Shown: in pieces, positions 37,653 through 50,490 of the stretch
Layout: each line of letters begins with the position of its first letter
Position numbering within the stretch: position 1 is the first letter of the stretch
Origin: Chiloscyllium plagiosum
Taxonomy: Eukaryota
Assembly: GCF_004010195.1 (NCBI RefSeq)
Contig: NC_057718.1
Coordinates: forward strand, 73,717,931-73,781,930
Length of the DNA stretch: 64,000 nucleotides
Direction: 5' to 3'
Notes under the pieces: generated by a model
The model's input: only the letters and a program-made list of their open reading frames with translations
The model's database searches: none
What the model was told of the DNA's origin: nothing
Program-made: the position numbers and the translations under genes

Positions 37653-39379
37653 TGCCAATTTTGCTTCATATCAACTTTCATTTTGACCATAGTTAGGTGG
37701 GAAAAATTGCAGCCATTGTTTCTTATCCAATATGTCAGCTTGTTTCTTTGCTTTAAAAAAAATTTCCATTGCTTATTAGATTTAGATTTCAACCCTGATC
37801 AAAATCACAATTCAAATCACATACCTAGAGAGCCCTCTTGTGGTGCAGTAGTTGAGTCCCTACCTCTGCACCAAAAGATCCTGGTTCAAGTCCCACCAGC
37901 TCCAGTGTTATATAATAATATCTTTGAACAAATTGATTAGGAAAAATAGGTTAAAAAGAGAAGCTTATAATGTATATTTATGATAGCATTATTTAATGTA
38001 ACCGCTTTTGTAATATAGAACTCTTGTAAGAAAACTCATCATGAAATTCCTTTTTAGCTGAAATTGCTACTTAAAAACAACAATTTTGGAAAGGAAACAA
38101 AACATAAACCAATTGTTTGATAATACAAAGCTCAAGAAAAAGCACAATTTAATGCAAGTTTTCATCTTGCACTTTCAGGACAAAATGGAAGAAATACCAA
38201 TTTAAGAGGAAAATTAACATTTATACTGTATGAGAGGTGAGTGGTGACTGGTAAGCAAATGGACTCCAATTGGTGGAGGTGTTTCCATGAAAAATGCTTC
38301 AATTAAAGCTATTTGACTGTTAACTGCCAGACATTATTTAAATTTTAAAATCAGGCAGGTAGACTGATTGATCAGGATATTGCCCTTAGAAATTAACCTG
38401 CAAATGAGTGTCACCTACTTTGTTTAGTTCAAACAGGTGCAATGCATACACATGTTATTTTACGAATGTATGGGGCTTCCAGTATACACAAGTCTGCTGT
38501 ACTGTGAGCTCAATTGACAATTTTAAATTGGTTCCCGGGATAAATCTTTGCACATTCAGCACTATGTAACAAATGTTGTCCAATTGCAGAATTACATTTA
38601 ACATGTACAGTGTTTTAAACGTTTTGTAAGTGAATATGATTAGAATCTTACTTGCTATCAACAGCCAAAAGGATGTACAGTTTTGCCAGCACTGCTATGT
38701 TTGCTGTTATGATCTTAGACAAGATCACCAAATCATGCTTGAGATTTGGCGAGGCAACAATAACCTTTATTTTTGAAGTAGGCAAAATGGGAGACCAAAA
38801 GAATGAAGCCACAACATTTCATGGTTTTAAACAAATAATGCTTTACTATACAAACTAGTATAATACAATAAAGCTTCTTAAGGGTGATGGTCATAACTTC
38901 CTGTTATCTCCTGACTCATTTCTGGGACCATCTATTCCATTAAAACAATCCTTGTTGTTTTGTTAAATTTATAGCTTTCTACTAAGATAATGAGGCACCA
39001 CAAAGCAATTTGTCTGTCTGCTCAGATGATATTTATATCATGCCATAATGATTAGTATCATCCCAAATGTCTAACTGATACATTTGAATGATCTGGAGAG
39101 TTCAAGAGTCAAAGAACCAATTATTAATGTGTGACTCACAGTGATTACTGGTGCATGGAGCAAGTTAAAAATAATAAAATATTACAAGTTGATTCAATAT
39201 AAAATCTATGCAGAAATATGTAAAAATAGTCAATTCATAGAGACAACTAGTTTATTAAAACTAAAAAAGCAAGCTACACGTGATATAGAATAATACATTC
39301 AATTAATATGTATGGAAGTAGTAATGGTGGCAAACAGCCCAGCAGAAAGTGCCACACTGTGCTACATTGTGCACCAGAA

Positions 39380-40830
39380 AAAAATACCTGAGCAGTGGGA
39401 TCAGTCACTGCGGCAATGTTAGCACAGCACAGCAGAGCAAACCTGGGAGTGAACAGCAGCAGGAGCTACTAAATACATACCTGAGGAGTGGGGTCAGTCA
39501 GTGCAGAGATGTCAGCACTGCACAGCACAGCATAGCGAAGCTCAATCCTGAGGCGGAGCTCTGGAGCTGATGATATGACTCAAAAAATGAGTTTGACTGC
39601 TCAGGAACCACGTCTAGAGACTGAGTGAGTCGTGTCAGGAGGGAAGTAAAATATAATGTACATACTTTTATCATTGTAGTTTGTTAAGAGTAGAGAGCAA
39701 GAGTGACAAATCTGATTTTGGTGAGTAGTGTGTAAGGTTGTGTAATCGATTCCTGGATAATTGGCTGCATTTGGTAATGTTCAAAATGGCAGGAGGACTC
39801 AGCCCCATGGAATACACCTCCTGCAATATGTGGGAAATCAGGAACATTTCCAATGTCCATGGTAATATGACTACGCATGCAGCAAGTGTGTTCAGCTGCA
39901 GCTCCTGATTTGCATGGACCCTTGGAGATGCGACAGACTCACCATGGAGCATCCATGAGGCTGACAGCGTTGTGGGTAGCACATGTAATAAGTTGGTCAT
40001 GCCACTACTAAGGGCTACACAGATAGAAAAGAGTTGGGTGACCACCAGGAGGCTAGAAGCCTGGGTAGTAAGTGCAGGAGACCCCTGTGGCCATTCTCTT
40101 CTGAAACAGATGTACCGTTTTGGATACTGTTGGGGGATACGGCCTCTTGGGGAAAAACTATAGCAGCAGCTACATCAGTGGCACCACAACTGGTTTTATT
40201 GTACACCAGGAAGAGTCGATGGTTAGACAAGTGATAATGATTGGGGACTCTATAGTCAGGGCACAGACAGGTGTATCTGCAGTCACAAATGAGACTCCAG
40301 GATGGTGTGTTACCTCCCTGCTGCCAGGGTCAAGGATGTCTCTGAGTGGGCACAGGATATTCTGAAGAGAAAGGTGAGCAGCCAGTGGTTGCCATCCATA
40401 TTGATACTAATGACATAGGCAGAAAAAGAGATGAGCTCCTGCATGGGGAATTTAGGAAGTTAGGTAGGAAGCTGAAAAGAAAGACCTCTAGGATGGTAAT
40501 CTTGGATTACATCTTGTGCCACATGCTAGTCAGGACAGAGTTACAAAGATTATATAGTTGAATGCATGGCTAAGAAACTAGTGAAGGAGGGAAAGATTCA
40601 TTTATCTGGATTAGTGGAATATTTTCCTGGACCAATGGACCTGGACAAGGAAGACAGGTTACACCTGGAGGGGCATCAATATCCTTGCAGGGAAGTTTGT
40701 TAGGGCCACTCAGAAAGGTTTAAATTAGTGCGGCAGTCAGGTGGGAATTAGAGCAATAGGTCAGCACTTGGAGCATTTAAAGAAAAGAGAGGGGCTATCT
40801 GAAATAAGTCAAGTAGGAGGAACAGAAAGG
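39380..40830 (+). mobile_element. CR1 5' region (5' UTR repeats + ORF1 Zn-finger/esterase)
   Basis: MAGGLSPMEYTSCNMWEI at 39787; MIGDSIVR; IHIDTNDIGRKRDELL. Confidence 0.85.
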
Positions 40831-40834
40831 ACCA

Positions 40835-43800
40835 GAGGGTGCTGAGATGTCACTTGTTTGCATTCTGGGAGTAGACGTCTCTTCACTGGGTTGTGAGCAG
40901 AACCTGGAAGATCATCAGTTGAGCTGAGCTACATTTGGTAGAACATTATGCTGGCTTCAGCCTAACACCAATTCAGTGACTGACCAGCCAACCAGAGCCA
41001 TGGACTTTTCCAGTACCCACACCCCCAGCCAGTGATTGTGATGAAGGTGGAGGAAGAATTGCCAGTCAACCAGACCTATTTTGTGAAGAGAGTTCTCCTG
41101 CATTGCTGAAGGTTCCAAGCAACAGATATTTTCTGTCTGTAGGATTTCCCCAGCGGGGACTACTTCGATGTGACCTTCAGGATCATGAAGCAATGTGAGA
41201 AATAACCAGAAAAAGGAAACATTTCAGGCCCCCGAATCCCCACAATGAAATGGAAAGAGGCAGCTGCACTATGCCGACAACAGCAGCTCCTCTGATGATA
41301 AATACGTACTGAAATATGGTCATCAACAAAAAAAAGAGACAAAATATCATGGGGGAGAAGGACAGCAGCACCCGCTAACCCAGAAATGCCAGACGTCCCG
41401 AGGGGCCCAGTGAAGACGAATCACCAGCCGTCAGGAACCAAGGGGTACCCACCACATCACAGCTCCAGACAACTAGGAGCAGTGACTCTCTGACAGTCCC
41501 TCTGTCAGACTCATAACTGGGCCCTGCTAGCTTCGTTCTTGCCCTGACGTCACCAGAGCAGAGAAATCCTCCCCAAGGACAAACAGGACAGCTACCTCAG
41601 TGCTGAGAGTGTTCAACAATTTACCCACACTACGGGGATGAGGGAGTACCTCAGTGACAAGACTGCAAGTGAATGAACATTCGGTAATTCCAGAAGCTAT
41701 TAAAATGGGTGCTAAAATTGGCACTATTAATGGGTGGAGCATTAAATTTACAATTCAATGTTTCCACATTGGCTTACCTGGCCAATTTCAAAGAAGACTT
41801 CCTGTTTCTGCAAGAGTATGAGATATGGACCTTATGGACCCATGGGCCTTCAATTTGGTCAGGGGATGTGATAGCCATTCCTCCAGCCAGGAAATTCTGT
41901 TGAGGAAGAAACTTCACCATCTCTGAAGTTAAGTAGGTGGGGTCCGAACTTGGAGTATATGTCATCCGCTGAAACTAATTAATATGTACACCTTGATGGT
42001 AAAGAGTGGGCGGCTGGCCACCCTGCAGCAGCTCCCATTGTTGCTTGTGACATCCAGGCTAGTCATTATGGCCAGAGTCTGCAAATGAATCATCACCAGG
42101 CTGTATAACATTTCAGCATCCCTGCAGACAGATGGAGCACAATGTAGATACACCTGGTTGCAGCCAGATGTGTCTATCCACTCAAGGATAGATTTTCTGT
42201 TTGCATCCTGCACGTTCACAGTCAGATCCACAAAGGTCAAGCCAGTGTTCTTCTCAGACCACTGCCTCCGAATGTCACATACAGCATGACCAGCAGGCTG
42301 GCAAGGAAAGGTAGAGCTGAATGTGAAATTGTTGACCCCAGAAAACATCGAGGAACTCAAAAGGTGTTACGTACGTTGGAGAAACGTGAAGTCCACCTGT
42401 GTCTCCAGTGGACTGGTTGGTAACAGTCAAGGGTTAGCATCAAGAGGTTCTTCATCCTCAAAGGTATTCAGAAGGCAAGATAGAGGTGCACAAAACTCCA
42501 GAAAAACCTGCAGAACCTATTCCTTCTGCAGACAATGGGGGTTGATGTCATGGAAGATCTTCAGGAGGTCTTTGTCTCAGAGGCTTCCAAGATCATCTTC
42601 CAGTCCAGAGTCTGCACCGTGGAACAAGATCAGATGTGCTTGCATTTCTTCTTCCAGAAGGTGCACAAGGAGAGCTCTGTGCTCAGCAGCCTGAAGGAAG
42701 AAGGTGGTTCATTAATGTCATCTCAATCTGACATCCTGAGAATCAGCAAATCATTTTATGCCAGTCATTATGGCTTGAAGCCTCCAATGGCACAGCCTCC
42801 CAGTCATTCCTGTTCTCTATCATGGAGGTCTTAGATGAAAGAGAGGCTGGAGGAGTTGACCAAGGTCCTCGACTCCTTAGAAATGAATATAACTCCTGGA
42901 AGTGACAGCTTACCAGCCAAGTTGTATTCGGCACTATGGGACTTGATTGGCCAGGACCTGCTGGAGGTATATGACAGTATGCTTCTGGCAGGTACCATGA
43001 GGACATTTATCATCACCCTCATCTACAAGCAAAAGGGAGAGAGGGAGGAAATTATAATTTAGTGACCAATATCATTACTGAATGCAAACTACAAAATCTT
43101 GTCGAAGGTTATGACCAACCAGGTCAGGTCTGCTCTGGAATCAGTGATCAAACCTGTACTGTGCTGTGTGGTGTCAGCATGATCTCTGAGAGCCTTGTGC
43201 TCTTCATAGATACAATCATTCTTGTGCAGATGGGAGCGGTGAACGCCTGCTTCACCAACGTTTGACAGGATATAGCACTCATACATGTGAGACTTGGTCC
43301 ACAAAATGGGGAGGGAATCTACAACTGGATCTGACTACTCTACATCAACATCATTAGCACAGTTTCAGTTTTTGGGTGGGAATCAGCAAGCTTCCTGATC
43401 AGATCCGGAATCATGCAGGTCTGCCCACTTTCTTCTGTCTTGTTTGTATGTTGTAAAGAACCCTTTGCTGAGTCCAACAGGAGGATGTGAGCCTGAGAAG
43501 GATGACTATTCCAGGCAGTAGAGGACAGCAGGTCAAAGCCCCACTGTAAATGGATGATGTTGCCATTTTCTGCTCAGATCCGCTGTCAATGTGCAACCCA
43601 TGAGCATCTGTGACCAGTTTAAACTGGCCTCGGGAGCCAAGGTAAATTGAGGCAAGAACGAGGCCATGTTCTTTGGGAACTGGACTGTCCGACCTTTCAT
43701 TTTCTTCACTATCAGGACAGATTACCTGAAGATGCTGGGAATATGGTTTGGAGGGGCTGGGCATGCACAAAATCTTGGGAGAAGCTCACTGTCAAACAAA

Positions 43801-44851
43801 CTGGCCTTTTTGGAGGACCTCTCCTCTCCATTGTGAGCAAAAACCTGGTCATCAGGTGTGAGACACTCTCTCTGCTGTTGTATGTGGCACAGATCTGATA
43901 CATTCTCCAAAACTGCGCTGTTTCTGTTAGCCGAGCCATCTTCCATTTCATCTGGAAGCCTAAGATAGTCTGCAGGGACTTCATGTACAAAACTCTGAAG
44001 AACACACCCAACATTGCCCTCATCCTGATGGCCTGCTTTGTGTGTGGTTGCATCAAGCCATACGTAGACCCTCGATATGTAAACACCAAGTGTCACTAAA
44101 TACAGAGGTTCTACTGTCGCTGGTGTTGCGAAGGATGGGACCAGCCTTGCTGCCATGGAACACTCCGAGTAGTTGGACCATCCCGTATCACCCGTTCTTC
44201 ATCGAGAAATTTTCAAAGAAAAACATCTTTGACCACCAGTTCATCAGGAAGTGGTCAGCACTCAGCATCCTCAAGACCCTGAGAGAAAAGGAGAGGGAGG
44301 ATCCTGTCACATGGTTCCCTCAGCAGACTATCAAAGTCACTGGGCAGAACTTTCTAACAAGACATTGCTTGGCTGGTGGTATGAAGGGGATTTCATTGAG
44401 ATCTTTTATGTACACCCAGTCAGTCTACGCCACCGCATGCTGTCCTTGAAGTCACACATCTCGTTCCTTTGCAAAGGAAGTCTGGAGGAAAATGCAGTGG
44501 TTTGTGTTGAGTGTTGCGGACCGGCACATTCCAAGGTCCAGCACTTTGTATTCAAGGACACAATAAAACGTGGGGTGGCTGCTGCCAAGACACAGTGGAG
44601 AAAGACCACTATCTGACGTCTTCCTGCAGAAGGTAAATAAGGGTCCGTTCAGTTAGTGGACCCTCCCAGTGCCTCAAATGTATGTAAATATTAGTATATT
44701 ATGTGTAAGAAAGGTCTTTGGCTTTTTTTAATAGAGTCAAAGTCTAACGTTTTTATTTACTTGATATGCAGCTGTACAGAACATAACTGCTCTTGTGACA
44801 ATGCATACAAAGAGTTTTTATGAATAAAGTATATTTTGAAATGTAAAAAAA
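40835..44851 (+). mobile_element. Tx1-like (L1 clade) non-LTR retrotransposon, near full length, decayed
   Basis: ORF1 remnant PSGDYFDVTF ~41150; ORF2 MGAKIGTIN at 41705, FLFLQE, FSDH, PGSDSLPAKLY, LIYKQKGERE, LLNANYKILSK, MDDV; AATAAA at 44823 and A-tail to 44851. Confidence 0.85.
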
Positions 44852-45314
44852 TTTCTGAGAGTGGACTTCACAGTCAGTACACATGTGAAGGGCATCGTGG
44901 AAGAACCTGGTGTTAAGGAATGGTCAGCCTCAAACACGACACAAACACGACAATACTGTTGTGTTTCCATTACTCCTTCCTTCTCTAACCAGAAAAAAAA
45001 GAGAGGCGTGGCTCAGAGGAGAGGAGACAGAACATTGTGACAGGAAGGTTGGCACCGAGAGTTCCAGTGGGTAAAGCAGCCTAAGCCTAAACAGCTTCTG
45101 GAAACTGTTGTTGGCCAGTAGCAGGTAGGTTTTGAGAAATTGTTATCAGAACAGCGAGCATAAGCAGCTTCAATTTAGTATTAAAAATAGTTGACATTGT
45201 AAGGATTACATTAAAGGGGTAGGACATAGTAGGAGAACTCCAAATCATAAACAGCTCATATTGCTTGATGTGCCTGGACCTGCAGGTCTACAAGAGGTGT
45301 CTCCAGCAGCATAA

Positions 45315-45878
45315 TCATAGTCATAGAGATGTATAGCATGGAAACAGACCCTTCGGTCCAACTTATCCATGCCAACCAGATATCTCAACCCAATCTAGTC
45401 CCACCTGCCAGCACCTGGCCCATATCCCTCCAAACCCTTCCTATTTATATACCCATCTAGATGCCTTTTAAATGTTGCACTTGTACCAGTCTCCACCACT
45501 TCCTCTGGCAGCTCATTCCATACACGTACCATCCTTTGCATGAAAAGGTTGCCCCTTAGGTCTCTTTTAGGTCTTTCCCCTCTCACCCTAAACCTATGCC
45601 CTCTAGTTCTGGACTCCCCCACCCCAGGGAGAAGACTTTGTCTATTTATCCTATCCATGCCCCTCATGATTTTATAAACCTCTATAAGGTCACCCCTCAG
45701 TCTCCAAAGCTCCAGGGAAAACAGCCCCAGCCTATTCAACCTCTCATTATAGCTCAAATCCTCCAACCCTGGCAACATCCTTGTAAATCTTTTCTGAACC
45801 CTTTCAAGTTTCACAACATCTTTCTGATAGAAAGGAGACAAGAAAAGATGTTGTGAAACTTGAAAGGATTCAGAAAAG
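45315..45878 (-). mobile_element. Young CR1 3' end with a short 5' inversion
   Basis: ORF 45395..45841; 45841-45878 is an inverted copy of 45789-45824. Confidence 0.9.
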
Positions 45879-46586
45879 CAGCTGCTAGAAGTTTGAGTTT
45901 CAGATTGTGGAGATGTCTGGGCACACTGGAGTATTCACGAGGTGGAGAGTATCATGGATATTACGTATAGAGAGATGGTCACACTGCAGACTCAGATTCC
46001 ACAGGCAGGAAGGGAATGGTTGACCACCAGGCAGAGCAGGGGGCTAAGAGGTAGAGTAGGAATTTCCTGTACGATAGCCTGGCAAAACAGATATATTGTT
46101 GAGGGAACAGCCTCTTGGGATAACAGCAGCAGCCAAATTTATGGCACCATGGTTGGCTCTGCTGCAGAGGGAGGGAGAAATAAGCATAGAAATGCTATCA
46201 TTCACAGAGGATTCAATCATTAAGAGAGTATAGACGTTTCTGTGTCCACAAACGAGAGACACCTTGGTGTATTGCTTCCCTGGTGCTATGTTTCTGGATG
46301 TTTCAGAGCAGTTGCAACACATTTTTGAGGGGGAAGGACAAACAGACAGTGATCGTGATACATGTTGGTACAAATGACATTGGTTAAAAAAAATGAATGA
46401 GGTAGTTAACTCAAGATTACTACCAGTGCCACAAGCTAGTCAGAGTAGAAACAGCAGGATATATCAGATTAACATGTGGCTGAAAAGATTGTGTGTTGGG
46501 GAGGGTTTAAACTAGTGTGGCCAGGAATGGGAACCAGAGTAGTAGTATATGCAGAAATTGACGGCAACGTAGAAACCGAAACAAAT

Positions 46587-46695
46587 ACCTGATGAAGGGC
46601 TTATACCCAAAATGTCGAGTCTTCTGCTCCTCGGATGCCTTTCCAGCACCACACTCTTGACTCGGATCTCCAGCATCTGCAGTCCTCTCTTTCTC
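46587..46695 (+). mobile_element. Family A Penelope-type fragment
   Basis: cctgatgaagggcttatacccaaaatgtcga...ctccagcatctgcagtcctctctttctc. Confidence 0.75.
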
Positions 46696-48060
46696 TTGGC
46701 TGAAAAGTATAATAGGCAAGGTAGATGAACTTAAATCTTTGGTTGGTACTTGGAATTATCAATTATGGAGACTTGGCTGAAAGAGGGACAGGACTGGCAG
46801 CTGAATATCCCAGGATTAAAATGTTTCAGGTGTGATAGAAGGGGATGTAAAAGGGGTGGGGGAGTTGCATTACTGGTAAAGGAATATCTCAAAGCTGTAC
46901 TGAGGGAGGATACATCAGAGGGCTCATGCAATGAGGTAATATGGGTAGAACTCAGGAACAGGAAAGGTGAAATCACAATGCTGGGGCTATATTACAGGCC
47001 TCCCAACAGCTGATGGGAGATAGAGGAGAGAATTATATGGACAGATGTTTGGAAAGATATAAAAACAATAGGGTTGTTATGGTGGGTGATTTTAACTTCC
47101 GACATATCGACTGGGACTCATTTTGTGCTCGGGGCTTGGATGGGGCAAAATTTGGAAGGACCATTCAGGAGGGTTTCTTGACACAGTATATAAACAGTCC
47201 AACCAGGGAAGGGTTATACTGCACCTGGTTTTGGGAAATGAGTCCAGCCAAGAGAGTGACATTTCAGTGGGGAGCATTTGGGAATAGTGACCATAATACA
47301 GTGAGTTTTAAGATATTCGTGATAACAGCAGTCCTCGGGTAAAGTTGTTAAATTGGGGGAAGGCAAACTTCAACAATATTAGACAGAAAGTGAAGAATGT
47401 TGTTTGGAGCTGGCTATTTGAGGGGAAATCCACATCGAACATATGGGAGCCTTTCAAACAGCAGTTGATAAGAGTTCAGGAGCGGCATGTTCTTGCGCGA
47501 ATGAATGATAGGTATAGCAAGTTATGTGAACCTTGGATGACCAGGATGTTATGGCCTTAGTTAAAAAGGAAAATGAAGCATATGCAAGGTAAGGATGATC
47601 AGAACTTACAAAGCCCTCAAAGTATTTAAGGGAAGTAGGAAAGAACTTAAACAAGGAATTAGAAGGGCTTAGAAGAGTTATACTTGCAAACCCCAGACCG
47701 GGGACAAAGACTCAGGAGGCAGGCATAATTCAGGCACATGGCAGTTTTTAATTCAAGCAGTCACCACATCATGTAGGGAGAGAGCCAGAGACTACTTCCA
47801 AATCTGGCCTTGACATGAGGACACAACTATCCCCCTAATCTTTGGCTCAGATCGGAAGAGACGTCAATGACACGCTCTGACTTTCACAATAAGATACAGT
47901 ATTTTTATACGTTTTGTGTTACAATAATCACATATTATTGAATTTGTTTGATCCACTAGATTCTTACAAGCCATAATCCCATTAATTTATCTGTTTGTAA
48001 TTATGGGAGCTTACTTTTCTTGTTACAAATCATCAACTTGTCTGTCCTTGGATGTTTCTT

Positions 48061-48912
48061 TGAGGAGAAAGTGAGGTCTGCAGATGCTGGAGATCAGAGC
48101 TGGAAATGTGTTTCTGGAAAAGCGCAGCAGGTCAGGCAGCATCTAGGGAACAGGAGAATCGACGTATCGGGCATTAGCCCTTCTTCAGGAATGAGGAAAG
48201 TTGGTCCAGCAGGCTAAGATATTCCATATTCCCTATCTTTTATCTTAGCCTGCTGGACCAACTTTCCTCATTCCTGAAGAAGGGCTAATGCCCGAAACGT
48301 CGATTCTCCTGTTCCCTNNNNNNNNNNNNNNNNNNNNNNNNNNNNNNNNNNNNNNNNNNNNNNNNNNNNNNNNNNNNNNNNNNNNNNNNNNNNNNNNNNN
48401 NNNNNNNNNNNNNNNNNNNNNNNNNNNNNNNNNNNNNNNNNNNNNNNNNNNNNNNNNNNNNNNNNNNNNNNNNNNNNNNNNNNNNNNNNNNNNNNNNNNN
48501 NNNNNNNNNNNNNNNNNNNNNNNNNNNNNNNNNNNNNNNNNNNNNNNNNNNNNNNNNNNNNNNNNNNNNNNNNNNNNNNNNNNNNNNNNNNNNNNNNNNN
48601 NNNNNNNNNNNNNNNNNNNNNNNNNNNNNNNNNNNNNNNNNNNNNNNNNNNNNNNNNNNNNNNNNNNNNNNNNNNNNNNNNNNNNNNNNNNNNNNNNNNN
48701 NNNNNNNNNNNNNNNNNNNNNNNNNNNNNNNNNNNNNNNNNNNNNNNNNNNNNNNNNCGCTCCTCCCCCAAGTCCCTCCTCCCTATCTTTTATCTTAGCC
48801 TGCTGGACCAACTTTCCTCATTCCTGAAGAAGGGCTAATGCCCGAAACGTCGATTCTCCTGTTCCCTAGATGCTGCCTGACCTGCTGCGCTTTTCCAGCA
48901 ACACATTTCCAT
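48061..48912. mobile_element. Fold-back family A element spanning an N gap, 14-bp TSD, three hammerhead motifs
   Basis: TSD cttggatgtttctt at 48047-48060 and 48913-48926; cores CTGAAGA-A-GGGC-TAAT-GCCC-GAAACGTC at 48274-48301 and 48824-48851 (+), and a mutated copy at ~48161-48188 (-). Confidence 0.85.
48318..48757. other. Assembly gap (N run)
   Basis: Run of N. Confidence 0.99.
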
Positions 48913-50292
48913 CTTGGATGTTTCTTGTCAAACTGTCTCAAGCAAACCTTTTGCAATGGTTTTGTGCAGGGCTCCATTTCACATTGGAATAACCCCTGTT
49001 CAAAGGCACCATTATGTCAACTCATGATATCACTTAAATGCTGGATCAGATTTTTAATCCTGTTCAACCACTTGTCGGCCATTTTGTGTCTCTCAGCTAT
49101 GGACAGCCCTAAGAGAGTCATGAAGTCATTAGCAAACAGGATAAAAGAGAATTCAAAGGCTTTTTACACATATATAAAAAGCAAAAGGGTAACCAGGGAA
49201 AGAGTTGAACCACTCAAAGACAAAGGAGGAAATCAGTATATGGAGCCACAGGAGGTAGGTGAGGTCATAAACAAATATTTTGTATTGGTATTGACCAAAC
49301 AGAAGGAATTGGTGGAGGATGTGTCAAATTTCTAAGCCACGTTGCTATTGAAAAGGAAGAAATGTTGTGTGTCTTATAAAGTATTGAGGTAGATAAGTCC
49401 ATGGATCGTGATGGGATTTTTCCAGAATATTAAGGGAAGCAAGAAAACAAGTTGCTGGAACATTGATAGACATCTTTGTATTCTCTTTGGTCACAGATGA
49501 GGATCCAGAAGACTGAAGAATAGCCAATGTTATCCCGTTGTTTAAGAAGAGTGACAGGGATAATCCAAGAAGTTACGAGTCTGTGAGTCTCACATCGGTG
49601 GCAGGGAAATAATTGGAAAAGATTCTCAGGAATAAGATCTATACACATTTAGAAGCAGATTGACATGGTTTTGTCTACAGGGAGGTCATACCTTACCAAC
49701 TTGATCGAGTTTTTTGGATTGTTGATGAAGATGATTGACCGAGGCAAAAGCGGTTGATGTTGTCTACATGGACTCAGTAAAATCTTTGACAAGTTGTCTC
49801 ATGGCAGACAGGTACAGAAGATGGAGTCACATGGTATCAGTGGTAAGCTGGCATGATGGATACAGAACTTGCTTAGTCATAGGAGACAGAGGGTAGCGGT
49901 GGAAGGATGCTTTTTTGGAATGAAGGGTTGTGACTGGTGGTGTTCCACAGGGATCAGCGCTGGGGCCTCTGCTGTTCATGTTCTACATGGATCAGTTGGA
50001 GAAAAATGTGGCTGGTCTAAAGAGTACACTTGAGGATGATACAAAGATTGGCGGAGTTTCAGATAGTGAGGAGGATTGTCAGAGGATACAACAGGATATA
50101 GATCATTTGGAAACATTGGCAGGAAAATGGCAGATAGCATTTAAACCAGACACATTTGAGGTGATACATTTTGAAGGTCGAGTATAGAAGGAAATTATAC
50201 AGTGAATGGCAGAACCCTTTCGAGTATTGATATGCAGAGGGATCTGGGTGTGCAGGTCTACAGATCACTGAAGATGGTAGCGCAGGTAGATA

Positions 50293-50490
50293 GGGTGGTG
50301 AGGGCATTACCTTTGAGATCCTTTATATACTGCCCTCGAAGAGGCTGCAGGGGGGAGCAGACTGTCACACATCTCCTGCTGGAATGTAACTTTCCGAAGG
50401 AAGTTTGGAAAGAGATGCAGTGGTTTTTATTGAAGTGCATCCTGCACAGCTCTATGAGACAGGACTCTGTACTCTACGGGCTGCTATCGT
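50293..50490 (+). mobile_element. Internal Tx1-like fragment embedded in CR1 RT
   Basis: VRALPLRSFIYCPRRGCRGEQTVTHLLLECNF..EVWKEMQWFL closely matches 53107-53300. Confidence 0.85.
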
